A stretch of 63,201 nucleotides of DNA, filler included, from Collodictyon triciliatum (taxonomy: Eukaryota), in assembly GCA_043381765.1 (NCBI GenBank). It is 4 parts of 4 records of this genome, joined end to end, with 100 filler letters (N's around TTAATTAATTAA, not from the genome) between each part and the next. Parts side by side here need not be neighbours in the genome. Positions count along the whole stretch, not along the records: positions 43,732 to 61,428 come from JBHJMP010001192.1; positions 61,529 to 63,201 come from JBHJMP010001341.1; 2 more parts are not named here. One strand, given 5' to 3'. Under the pieces are notes generated by a model, which saw only the letters and a program-made list of their open reading frames with translations, searched no databases and was not told the origin of the DNA. Positions 47,110 to 63,201 of the stretch are shown here, in pieces (the stretch's first letter is position 1; every line of letters starts with the position of its first letter). The position numbers and the translations under genes are program-made.

Positions 47110-47374
47110 ACCAAATAAATAGAAATGGCAAACCCTTGGAAAAAAAATAATAGTAGATAGGCCTTGTCTTTTTTCTGTTATTTTGAATTTATATCTGAAT
47201 TCTTCATTTGCATTTTCCTGTATCATGAAGGATGCTCTACAGAAAAGTCATAAATAACACTGTGACCTCTTTATAAAAAGGTATACACTCAAATATCACA
47301 ACTTTTTTTTTTTTTTTTGGTTTGCTGTGTACCTTGGCCTTTATTGGCTGCACGAGATTGCACATCGGACACTT

Positions 47375-47414
47375 TTTTTATTATTATTATTCTTCCTTTC
47401 AATTTTGTGCAGGC
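47375..47414 (-). mobile_element. LINE 3'-terminal fragment (family B) with 15-bp TSD
   Basis: Minus strand GCCTGCACAAAATTGAAAGGAAG(AAT)4AAAAA lies between two copies of GCACATCGGACACTT (47360-47374 and 47415-47429). Confidence 0.75.
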
Positions 47415-47433
47415 GCACATCGGACACTTATAT

Positions 47434-53967
<6,534 letters not shown>

Positions 53968-54280
53968 CCGCGCTACGATGCAAGCCTTTTTAAACAGCTG
54001 ATTCTGCGGCCATGAATCGTAGAGTAATTCGATCGGAACCATGGATCATAACACTTGGGTGATGAATCGGTTGGGTTTGCAGATTGCTTATCTTTTGTTT
54101 CATATTGGCAGAAGCGTTTGCGTCAGATCTTCTGGTTTGGACGCGGAAACTGAGTGTAATATTATAATTTCCAGAATAGAATATACCATATGTATTTTTA
54201 AGTCATATTTCATTGAATAAAATATTACTTTTTTCTTTCATTGAAAGTTCCATCTCTGGATTCGATCAAACCTGATTTGA

Positions 54281-54329
54281 TCACAAATCACAAATCACAA
54301 ATCACAAATCACAAGTCACAAATCACAAA
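54281..54329. repeat. (TCACAAA)7 in the divergent intergenic region
   Basis: 7-mer array about 115 bp upstream of the RRM gene ATG. Confidence 0.85.
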
Positions 54330-54444
54330 GTTAACCCACCCGACTTTTTCGGCCTGAAGAAAAAGCACACTCTCACAAGAGATAAGCATAGCGCAAGCAC
54401 AGGACGGAAGAAAACAGAAGAAGGACCAATCTAAGCTGAGAGGA

Positions 54445-57400
54445 ATGGACGAGCAAGAAAACATTGATCAGAAACACGCCACTGCACCGGACTCCAACAC
54501 GGAAAGCGTGCCCAAGGAAACACGGACAAGTGCGTCGCAAAGTGACTCGTTTCGTGAGGACTCTGCACCTGCCCAAGAAATCGTAAACACCGTTCTTGAT
54601 CAGGACAGTCAAGAGAACGAGCCAAGCGCAGACGAAATCGTGGACTCTGAGCACGATGAACAGCACGCAAGTGAGTATGAGTCTGCCCAAGAAGGAGCGA
54701 ACCAGCAGGCCCAAGAGTTTGGCGGACAAGAAGATCACAACAGAAACGGCTTCGGCGAGGACCACGATAACCATGATGAGCAGCATCAAAATGACTATGG
54801 CGGATATGGCGATGACGCCCATGATGAGCCAGACTATGAGAATGAGCAACAGCAGCAGTATTATGACGAGGCCTGTAGCGATGGGAACGAAGTACTGAAT
54901 GATGACAACGCTGATGCCCAGGGCGAGGAAAGCTGCGAGGAGCAGAACGATCAAGGCGACGAACAGCCGGCAAAGGAGACTCAAGGAGACGGGGACGATG
55001 CAGAGGCTACAAATGAAGGGACCACTGAGCCGGCAGCCGCCAGTTCTGCAAATGATAAGAAGCCAGAAAAAAGTAAGAAATGGCGACTCAATTGCTGCGT
55101 TCTTCATATATATAAGCGCTACCATTTATTTATTTAAAAAAACAGCAAAAAAAAATCTATGGAGCAGTTTTTCTCAAGAAATAATATTTTATGGATTCCG
55201 TATTGTTTTGTGAATTAATGGTTTATTGAAAGCATTTTTTTGGATCGTTAGAGGGATTCGTGAAGTATTGGGGATAATATGAGACCAAGTTTTTATTATT
55301 GTTTACACTGAACTCACGGGCTCATTTCTAGACAAAGTAGGAAAAGCAGCATTGAAGAAAAGAAGCATGGTTTACGTTGGTGGCCTTGGGGGTGTTGTGA
55401 ATGAGCAGGTGACTCCGTACTTTTTTTTTTATAACTTCTCTTCTCTCGATACTCTTGTTTTTAATTGTTTGGTGATATATATATTCAGTCTGTTCATCAA
55501 TATCTGTTTCGATTTTCGGTTTCAGGATTTGAGAACAGCTTTCAGTCCATTCGGAAATCTTGGAATGATCAGCTTCGAAGACACAGCAAGATGTAATAAG
55601 AGCAAAAATATGGAGAATACTCTTACGTCATACACACCACTATCTCAGACTTTTTTTTATGACGGTGTTGATTGTTCACTCATGTTCAATTGACCAGAAG
55701 ACCACTAACACCCGATGGATTTTTGTATCCAAATGCGAGAACATGTGTTCGTAAAAAAAAAAAAGTAATCTAAACGAGACTTTTATCATTGATTTTTCTG
55801 TTGCATAGCGCTTGCATATGTTCGTTTTACTTCGGTCGAAGAAGCTGCCAAAGCCGCAGAGGCAATGAACGGAGCTACGATTGGCTCCGCAAAGGTTAAA
55901 GTCGAACATCCTGATGTTTATTCGATGGTCTTTGCCAGCAATTTGCCTCTTGACATGAACCTCCAAAGTGTTCGAAGGTGGTTTGAGGCATTCGGGACAG
56001 TGGAAAACGTACAGGTATATCCCAACTTGAGTTTTCCAGTCTTATTTAATACTTGACATTTCACTCAAAAGGCTTTTACACAAGAATCTGGATTTAAGGC
56101 ACACACATATGAGTGTTCAACATTCAGTAGCAACATAACTATGGTTTTGATGGTTTTTTTTTAAATATTAAATTCTTGACTATTGGGTAATATGCGATTC
56201 AGGTAATGTGCAAGGCTGACGGTTCCAGCAAAGGACATTGCTATGTCGAGTATAAAACCATCGGTGAGGCACATAACGCTCGAATTCATGCACCCACGAA
56301 GCCGATAGGTGATCGAAATGTCCACGTAGATATATTTGATTGCAGGTGAGCTGTCTTTCATCGATTTTTTTTAATTTTTTTTTTTTACCTTTCTCTTTTT
56401 TTTTTCTTTTCTGAATTCAGGGCGTTATTAAAAAATTTTAACAAAATTTTAACATTCAATACTTTCGAATAGTGATGATGCACAATTTGATTCAAAATGC
56501 CTGTGTGTTGAGAATCTACCTTCATCTGTCAAAGTATAGTTGACCAAGCCTGTTTTTTTTTCCTTCACTTCATTTCATTTGTTTCTTTTCAGTAACGGTT
56601 CAGAGATTTTTGTGCGCACTTGAAATTATCTTTTTTTTAAAAAACACCGAAATCTCGTCATCATAAATGGTATGTTTGAGCCTCATTACGCCGAAAATCA
56701 TGTAGGATGAGGCCGAGTTTCGCATGCTATTTGAAGGGGTTGAGGGTGTCAAAGATGTTTTCTTTTCTGCGGATAATCGCACCCAGTCTGGTAACATGGG
56801 CTTTGTTGAATTCAACAGTGCTGAAAACGCAGATTCAGGTTTGCATAGTTCTGATAAAGTGAATATTCAATTATTGCGTCCTTCTGGCATCGATTCAAAA
56901 AAGAATAAAGAAATACACTGCTTACTCATTTTCGCCCCCTTGTAAATATAATTTTTGAATCTTTTGATCAAAAGCCTGGAGCAAGATGAACGACTTTGAC
57001 GTCAAGGGCTCTAAACTCAGGATCAGCTATAACATTCCGTCCAAAACAATATCAGTTTGTACAATTATGACACGTCCTTTTTGATGTCGCCTTACTACAC
57101 CGCTTCCTCTCTTTCTTTTTTTTCTTCCTTATCCTGGACAAGTAGAGCCCAATCTATACGTGATATTCGAATAGATCGATTTTGTAACTTTAGTTATACC
57201 TCTTAGATGATGCGACCTCAAAGCAAAAGTTCAGGTATTTTATGAGAATCATTTCCAATCATACAAATTCATTCAATTTAATTTCACACGATTACTCGAT
57301 TAGCAACAGTCAAGAGCAGCAGCCAGAGAATAAATGCGGCAATCAGACCTAATGTAACTAACTCAGCACTCAAATCAAATCTGAGATATCCTTAACTTCC

Positions 57401-60283
57401 CATTGCAAATGCGACTGATTCCCTCAATTATTCTATGATGGCAGACTGGAAAAGTTGTTCAATCGTCATCCCGGCCTGTTAACAGAGACAAACCCCTTGT
57501 TAGAAACCCGGCTCAAGGAATTTTCAGAGGTGACAATTGTTTGTTACATTTTGTAGACCCCTTCCACGACCTTAGACTTGCAGAACCAATTAGTGATTTG
57601 ATTTTTTTCCCGCCTTTTAGGTCCAGGAAACCGCTCAATCGTAAATTCTCTCGATTACACATTACACATCACACATTACACATTACACATTACACTCATA
57701 ACTCTCATATGCATACTCTACTTAATTTTCGACGTTGACAAATAAGCACCACCAGAAAACAACTTGAATCAAAAAATGCTGACATTAAAATTCACCATGA
57801 AATACTTTGATGAAGAAAGCATCCCCACCAATGCAACCCCCTTTGTCATGCTGTAATAGCCACGTGCCAACGCCCAACCAGTCGGACGCATGCAAATCCA
57901 AGGCGACCGCAAAGGGATTCCTCATCCGCAGCGAATGCCGCTCCATCCAAATATGGGGCCGCGTCAAGTAGGCTACGACATGCTTCGCAACGAGCCCGGC
58001 ATACTGGATTCTGTCCGGACTTTTGCCCACAATCAACATCGACCAGACATCCTTGCACACGATGACAGGAGCGCACATGGCAGACAAAACAGACCACTTG
58101 AAAGACACCCGAGAAATCAGACTGGCGGAACACATCAGCCCGGTCGCCCATTGCAAACAGACCCCCGCTATTCATACCAGAGTGGAGGTGGTGTTTTGGG
58201 CCAGCCGCACGCACCAATATTCCAGCCTCAAAGGGAACGGATGCCCACGCATGGCGCAGACCACCTGCCTTTCGGCTACGAGCAGAGCCCACCCATGCCA
58301 GGTTATGCGAGACGGCCCAGTCTCCTCGAGCACGAGAGAGATAGAGATATAATCAGAGAAGGAGATAGGATTGGTAACCCTGCACGCAATACCTATCGGC
58401 TTGGCCATCACGGCGACCGAATTCCTCCCAACGAAGCCGACTACCGATTCGAAGCGCCGTACGCGCCGCAGCCGCACCAGCAAAGAGCTCCAAACAGCCC
58501 TGCCAGCAGACCTCAAATGCAGCCGATGGGCCGCCGGGATGTGCATCAGGCGCAATATTATGAGGACAGCCGATTCCACCACAGAGTAGAGGCGGTAATC
58601 ACACCCGAGCGAGGAATAGAGAGAGAACGGGGCCAATACGCATATCCCCACGAGCAGCAACACCAGCGCCCGATTCTGGGCCATGAGCCATACTCTGGTG
58701 TGGATTCTCAGCGGCGAGGCAGCAACCAGAGCCTCCGACAGCAAAACATGGGGCCTGTGCATCACAGAGACTCGTCAGCCGACACGGCCAATCATTACCG
58801 CGATAACGCATCCCATTACTCGCAGAGGCCAAACGATTATCCTGGAGCCCTTCTGTCCGACCAGTCCCATTCGTACCAGGCCCAGCATCAAACTCAGCAC
58901 CAAAGCAACCCGTATTCGTATCAGAGCCGACCAGAGAATCGCACAGGCCCAAGCTCTGTCCTCGGGGTACTGCCAGCATCAAACCAGAGACAGCAACCGC
59001 AGCACAGCCCAGTGAGTGCAGTGAAAGCACCGACATCAGCAGCGCTCAGCGCTCAAGGAGGATTCACCAACCAGCAGTCCATCTTGGGCCAGACAAGCAG
59101 TGCGGCTCACTCGCGTGCGTCTGTTGAACACGGGATGGCATCAAACAAGCGCCAGAACCCGACGCAGCCAGCGCCCTATCCAAGCGGTTCGCAGACGCAA
59201 GGAGCCAATCAGAGTCAGTACACAGCGGCAAATGCATCAGCTCAGTTCGCCCACAATACCACAGCTTCTCACAGTGGACAGAAGAGGCCTTTGGAGCAGC
59301 CAGCCAAGGTACAATCACAAAATTTTTTGTTTTGTTTTAATTTGTTTGTTTGTTTGTTTGTTTGTTTGTTTGTTTGTTTGTTTGTTTGTTTGTTTGTTTG
59401 TTTGTTTGTTTGTTTGTTTGTTTGTTTGTTTGTTTGTTTGTTTGTTTGTTTGTTTGTTTGTTTGTTAGTTAGTTAGTTATATGTCAGTTCATATCTCCTT
59501 TCTTTTGGCACTCATTTCTAAACCTATACGCAAACTCAATGCCAAATAGACTATTGAATTTTGTGTACATAAATCCATGTAGTGAGAAATTAACATACTC
59601 GCAGATTGCCCATTCTCATGCTATTGTATTCATCACACCTGATTTCTATCCAGGCCACTGCAGTCATCCCAATCGCAAATGGCGGTCCGATTGTTGTGCC
59701 GATTGCGAGTCAGTCGGCCATCGGAGCCTCAACATCGGCATCATTTGCGCAACGTGCGATGCAATCCACACAGCCTGTTTTGCCGCACAGCCAGTACCAC
59801 CAAAATTCATCCGCTCCAGTTCTCAGTGCATCTTACAGCACACAGCAGCCGATTCTGACCAACGACTTATCTGCTTCATATGGAAGCTACACAAACACAG
59901 CAGCCCAGCCTATAACATCAACCTATGGATATGCACAAGCTTATGTATGTCCACTTCTATCATTGTCTTTGTGTAATTGCCTCTTGTTCAAATTATATGT
60001 GTATATTCATTCTCTGCACTTTCGATGAGGTTTCTTTTTCTTTTTCTTTTACAGGCTGACTACAATACCAACGAATTATTGATTACTTGAATTCTGATGG
60101 GTGCATACATTGGTTTATTTGTCGTAGAATGCTGCGTATAATCAGGCTCCGCAAGCTGCGGCCTCGTATTCATACCATCAAACATCGAGTCAGGGCCATT
60201 ACGGTTCTGGTCTTGCAGCTGCACCAAACGGCTCTGCGAACATGTATTACGGTGGCTCAGAATACAAAAAATCGCGTCGCTAA
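54445..60283 (+). CDS. Multi-RRM RNA-binding protein with acidic N-terminus and long Q/P/H/Y-rich low-complexity C-terminus
   Basis: RNP2/RNP1 pairs VYVGGL..LAYVRF, VFASNLP..KGHCYVEY and LCVENLP..GNMGFVEF. Large exons 57858-59308 and 59653-59944; the probable last exon from about 60128 ends YYGGSEYKKSRR-TAA. Confidence 0.85.
59340..59465. repeat. (TTTG)n intronic microsatellite
   Basis: Read directly. Confidence 0.95.
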
Positions 60284-61329
60284 GCACTGCATCGATGTAA
60301 GTCTAATTTAATGTGATGGCTACGTTATTTATATATTAATGATAATGACACGAACGATTTCAATTAATTTATCTTTTTTTAATCTTGTGAAATATTTTGC
60401 CATTAAAAAAAACATGCCTAATGGAAATAGCACACTCACACAATTTGTATGGAATGGGAACATATGAATACATAGTTTGGTGCTGTTTGAAGTATTCTTA
60501 CATGAGCTCCTGATGAAAACTTGACATTCCTTCAATTATGTCACGGTTGAATTGAATCATTTCATCTATATCTAAGTGATATGACACCTTTCCTCTCCTA
60601 TCTGTTCTTTTTCGAAAGAAAAAAAAAAGCAAAACAACAACATTACATCCGCACCACAACCCTTCCAGTTTCACACATTTTTATTACATTCTATTCCTCA
60701 GACAATCATCTCATCAAAAAAATATGTTATTTTCTTATTCTGACTGCTAAAGGCCTAAAAAAAAAAAAAGGATGAATTTTTGCAGACTCGATGTATTCAT
60801 TTGAACTTTGCATTTGACCATATTTTCGTTGGGGAAGAGAGAGATTTTTGAGAAACGAAGTTCATGAGGCATATCGACAGAATGAGTATGAGCATGACAA
60901 TCACGATGACAAAAACAAATTGAAATGTGAATCACCGATTCCACAAACCCGTCGTGCTGAGCTTCTCTGTTATCCATCTGCATCACACTTTGAAAGAAAC
61001 ACACGAAACTGAGTTGCAATCGCCACTCACGCCCCACCCACCAAGCAATCTATCTTCTTCCAGTACCCGCCCACCAACATTTCTTTCCTCTCTTTTAGTT
61101 TTCTTTCTTTTTTCTTTCATCTTACATCCCATCTATTCCTTTAGCAATCCAATTACAGGCAGTTTTTTTTTATTTTGAAATCACCTTTCTTCATCCTTTA
61201 TTTTTAATCCAGGAACATTTTAAACAACCACCAAATCACCTCCTGTTCTCTTTTTTCTCACTCTTCACATTATATCGGCTTGGCCACCCCAAACAACATT
61301 TTTTTGACAAACACGCAACTTCACAAAGA

Positions 61330-61363
<34 letters not shown>

Positions 61364-61371
61364 AAACCCCA

Positions 61372-61416
<45 letters not shown>

Positions 61417-61428
61417 AAAAAAAAAAAA

Positions 61429-61528
61429 NNNNNNNNNNNNNNNNNNNNNNNNNNNNNNNNNNNNNNNNNNNNTTAATTAATTAANNNNNNNNNNNNNNNN
61501 NNNNNNNNNNNNNNNNNNNNNNNNNNNN
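61429..61528. other. Artificial contig spacer
   Basis: N-TTAATTAATTAA-N. Confidence 0.97.
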
Positions 61529-61530
61529 AA

Positions 61531-61986
61531 AACCAACAGTTTTTAAAGAATGCTATTAATGATAAAGATCACGTATTGACATTCTGTAGATATTTGTTTA
61601 CAAAGTATGATAATACTTGGAACAGCGAAAGTTATGTTATTGGTAAACAAAAGGAAAAAGAACTTTGGAAACAACAGATACATTTACAAATTACACAAAC
61701 AGACCAGTTCTTACTAATGACGTATGAAGATTATGTGCTTGTTGGCCCAGATGATAGATTTGCTGCCTTATATGTTAAGGATCACACACCCACACAAGTT
61801 TACGATCTGTTCAAAGATGTAATGACAAGAGCAGGACGTAAAGATATATTGACAATTCAATATTTTGGACAAGAGTTGAGAAGGACGGGAATTAAAAAAA
61901 ATCAAAGCAGAAAGTACGTGTTTGACGACAAACAGGTCAAAGAACATTTAAAGAAGAGACATCTTCTTGATGATCAACAAGAATAA
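61531..61986 (+). CDS. C-terminal part of a putative D5/SF3 primase-helicase (winged-helix-like tail); 5' truncated
   Basis: Frame is open from the contig edge. ..TFCRYLF..TQVYDLFK..TIQYFGQEL..GIKK..KYVFD pattern recalls viral D5-helicase C-termini, but no Walker motifs are present in the window. Confidence 0.45.
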   Translation, partial: NQQFLKNAINDKDHVLTFCRYLFTKYDNTWNSESYVIGKQKEKELWKQQIHLQITQTDQFLLMTYEDYVLVGPDDRFAALYVKDHTPTQVYDLFKDVMTRAGRKDILTIQYFGQELRRTGIKKNQSRKYVFDDKQVKEHLKKRHLLDDQQE

Positions 61987-62005
61987 ATGGCTTAGTCCAC
62001 ACATT

Positions 62006-62443
62006 TTATTGATACTCGTCAGGTGTAGGTGTTGATTTGAGAGAGTAAGAAATTATAGGGGGAGAGTCAGGAGGGGTCAGGGCTTTGCGGACGCGTTCGG
62101 CAGCAGCAATCAGAGAATTAGGGCTGCCAGATTCGAGTGAAGAGTTCATAGAACTTGAAGAAGTCCCTGTGTAATCAACGAGGGGCATCATCATAGCGGG
62201 CGCTTCGACGATTTGAAATTCATGCGAGCCATTGGTTTGCTTTCTTCGTGATTTTCTATTCACGTAGGACTTGTGGTTGGATCTGCGGAGTCTCCTGGCG
62301 ATCTCTACCATTTGTCTCACACCGTCCAGGTTCTCTCCCCATTCGATAAAACACAGGTAGTTAAGTCTTGCCAGCTCTTCTCCAGTCAGCGTGCGGGTGG
62401 TCATGTCGCTCATCTGTTCTTCTCTGTTGACGGTGCGGGCCAT
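62006..62443 (-). CDS. Orphan ORF of about 145 aa (basic middle, Ser/Pro-rich tail)
   Basis: MARTVNREEQ...PTPDEYQ; fills the gap between the converging helicase-like ORF and the diverging integrase. Confidence 0.6.
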   Translation of the reverse strand: MARTVNREEQMSDMTTRTLTGEELARLNYLCFIEWGENLDGVRQMVEIARRLRRSNHKSYVNRKSRRKQTNGSHEFQIVEAPAMMMPLVDYTGTSSSSMNSSLESGSPNSLIAAAERVRKALTPPDSPPIISYSLKSTPTPDEYQ

Positions 62444-62533
62444 TGTTTGCTTAAAGTACTTATCAATTATACAGTAAGGTAAAATTGTTTTTAAGCTGCG
62501 TTTTTTACACAAAAAAAAATTATTCTTTATGTA

Positions 62534-63201
62534 ATGAGCAACGCAAGCACTAGTGATCAATACAATGAGAAGTTACAGAAAAGGTACAACGAGCCAGGGC
62601 AAGTAAACAGCGTCGAAGCGATGTATCGCCACTTCAACAAAGAAATACCTCGCAGTTACATTGAGGCTTGGATGAAAAAGAATCCCTATCAACAAATTAG
62701 TAAACCTGCGTACAAAAGCAAGGACGTGACTTCCTTTAATGTCACAGACCCAAGTTACGCCCAGATAGATTTGATATATACCAAGGGACTTTATCCAGAA
62801 GACCATATTGGATTGAAATACAATTATCTAATGACATGTGTGGTGCTTTTAACACGCAAGGTATTTATATATCCGCTGATTGATAAGACTCTGGCCGAAA
62901 GCAAAAAGGCTGTGCTTGAATTCAAGAAAGATTACCCTGCGTTGAAAGTTATTCAAAGCGACAATGGCACAGAGTTCAAGTACGAGAAAGCATGGCTACA
63001 AGAACACGGCCTCAAGCAAGTCAAGTCGAGTCCGTACAACCCTACGAGTCAGGCCTATGTGGAGCGCATGAATAGTGTGGTAAAGAATAGTCTCTACAAG
63101 TACCATCAAAAGACAGGGGAAACCTTAACGAAAGAGGTGCTAGAAAAAACTGCAGACAGCATAAACGATCAGCCGAACCGTGACACCGGGGTGATTCCTA
63201 A
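62534..63201 (+). CDS. Retroviral-type (rve) DDE integrase of Polinton/virophage type; runs off the window
   Basis: Absent from the ORF track because it has no stop. Reads MSNAST..RYNEPGQVNSVEAMYRHF..IPRSYIEAWMKKNPYQQISKP..YAQIDL..YLMTCV..TRKVFIYPL..KVIQSDNGTEF..SPYNPTSQAYVERMN..SINDQPNRDTGVIP, with an intact D-D-E triad. Confidence 0.92.
   Translation, partial: MSNASTSDQYNEKLQKRYNEPGQVNSVEAMYRHFNKEIPRSYIEAWMKKNPYQQISKPAYKSKDVTSFNVTDPSYAQIDLIYTKGLYPEDHIGLKYNYLMTCVVLLTRKVFIYPLIDKTLAESKKAVLEFKKDYPALKVIQSDNGTEFKYEKAWLQEHGLKQVKSSPYNPTSQAYVERMNSVVKNSLYKYHQKTGETLTKEVLEKTADSINDQPNRDTGVIP

Larger units (their letters stand above)
61529..63201. mobile_element. Fragment of a Polinton/Maverick-like virus or virophage
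   Basis: Three tightly packed intronless ORFs (gaps of about 20 and 90 bp), no microsatellites, a Polinton-type rve integrase with no adjacent RT/RNase H, and a helicase-like C-terminus. Confidence 0.7.

Noticed and set aside
54373-59318. Long antisense or alternate-frame ORFs over the RRM gene (also over the sulfotransferase and RPSA)
   Set aside because: Shadow ORFs of GC-rich coding exons with no independent motifs.
62534-63201. LTR retrotransposon pol
   Set aside because: The integrase has its own start codon, no upstream RT/RNase H in frame and no HHCC motif, and its neighbours are not gag/pol-like.

Overview
AT-rich, intron-dense eukaryotic (protist-like, probably flagellated) genomic DNA read with the standard code. 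The window is four unrelated contigs joined by artificial N-TTAATTAATTAA-N spacers (contigs about 1-21773, 21874-43631, 43732-61428, 61529-63201), so adjacency across spacers means nothing. Contig 1: DUS1-type tRNA dihydrouridine synthase, a Pro/Ser/Lys-rich ORF, a GT92-like glycosyltransferase, MOB1, tRNA-Pro(CGG) abutting a 22-bp satellite, and a gene with about 22 TPRs built one repeat per symmetric exon. Contig 2: Golgi-type sulfotransferase, MKKS/BBS6, eIF3L, RPSA/uS2, a duplicated intronless multipass membrane protein, an intron-containing homologue of the Campylobacter phosphoramidate-pathway hydrolase Cj1417, and an L1-type fragment. Contig 3: an unknown gene, a secreted glycoside-hydrolase-like gene and a multi-RRM protein. 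Contig 4: a compact intronless segment with a helicase-like C-terminus, an orphan ORF and a retroviral-type DDE integrase, consistent with a Polinton-like virus or virophage. Two families of 5'-truncated LINE tails with target-site duplications are scattered through the window. All family calls come from motif recognition by eye; no searches were run.
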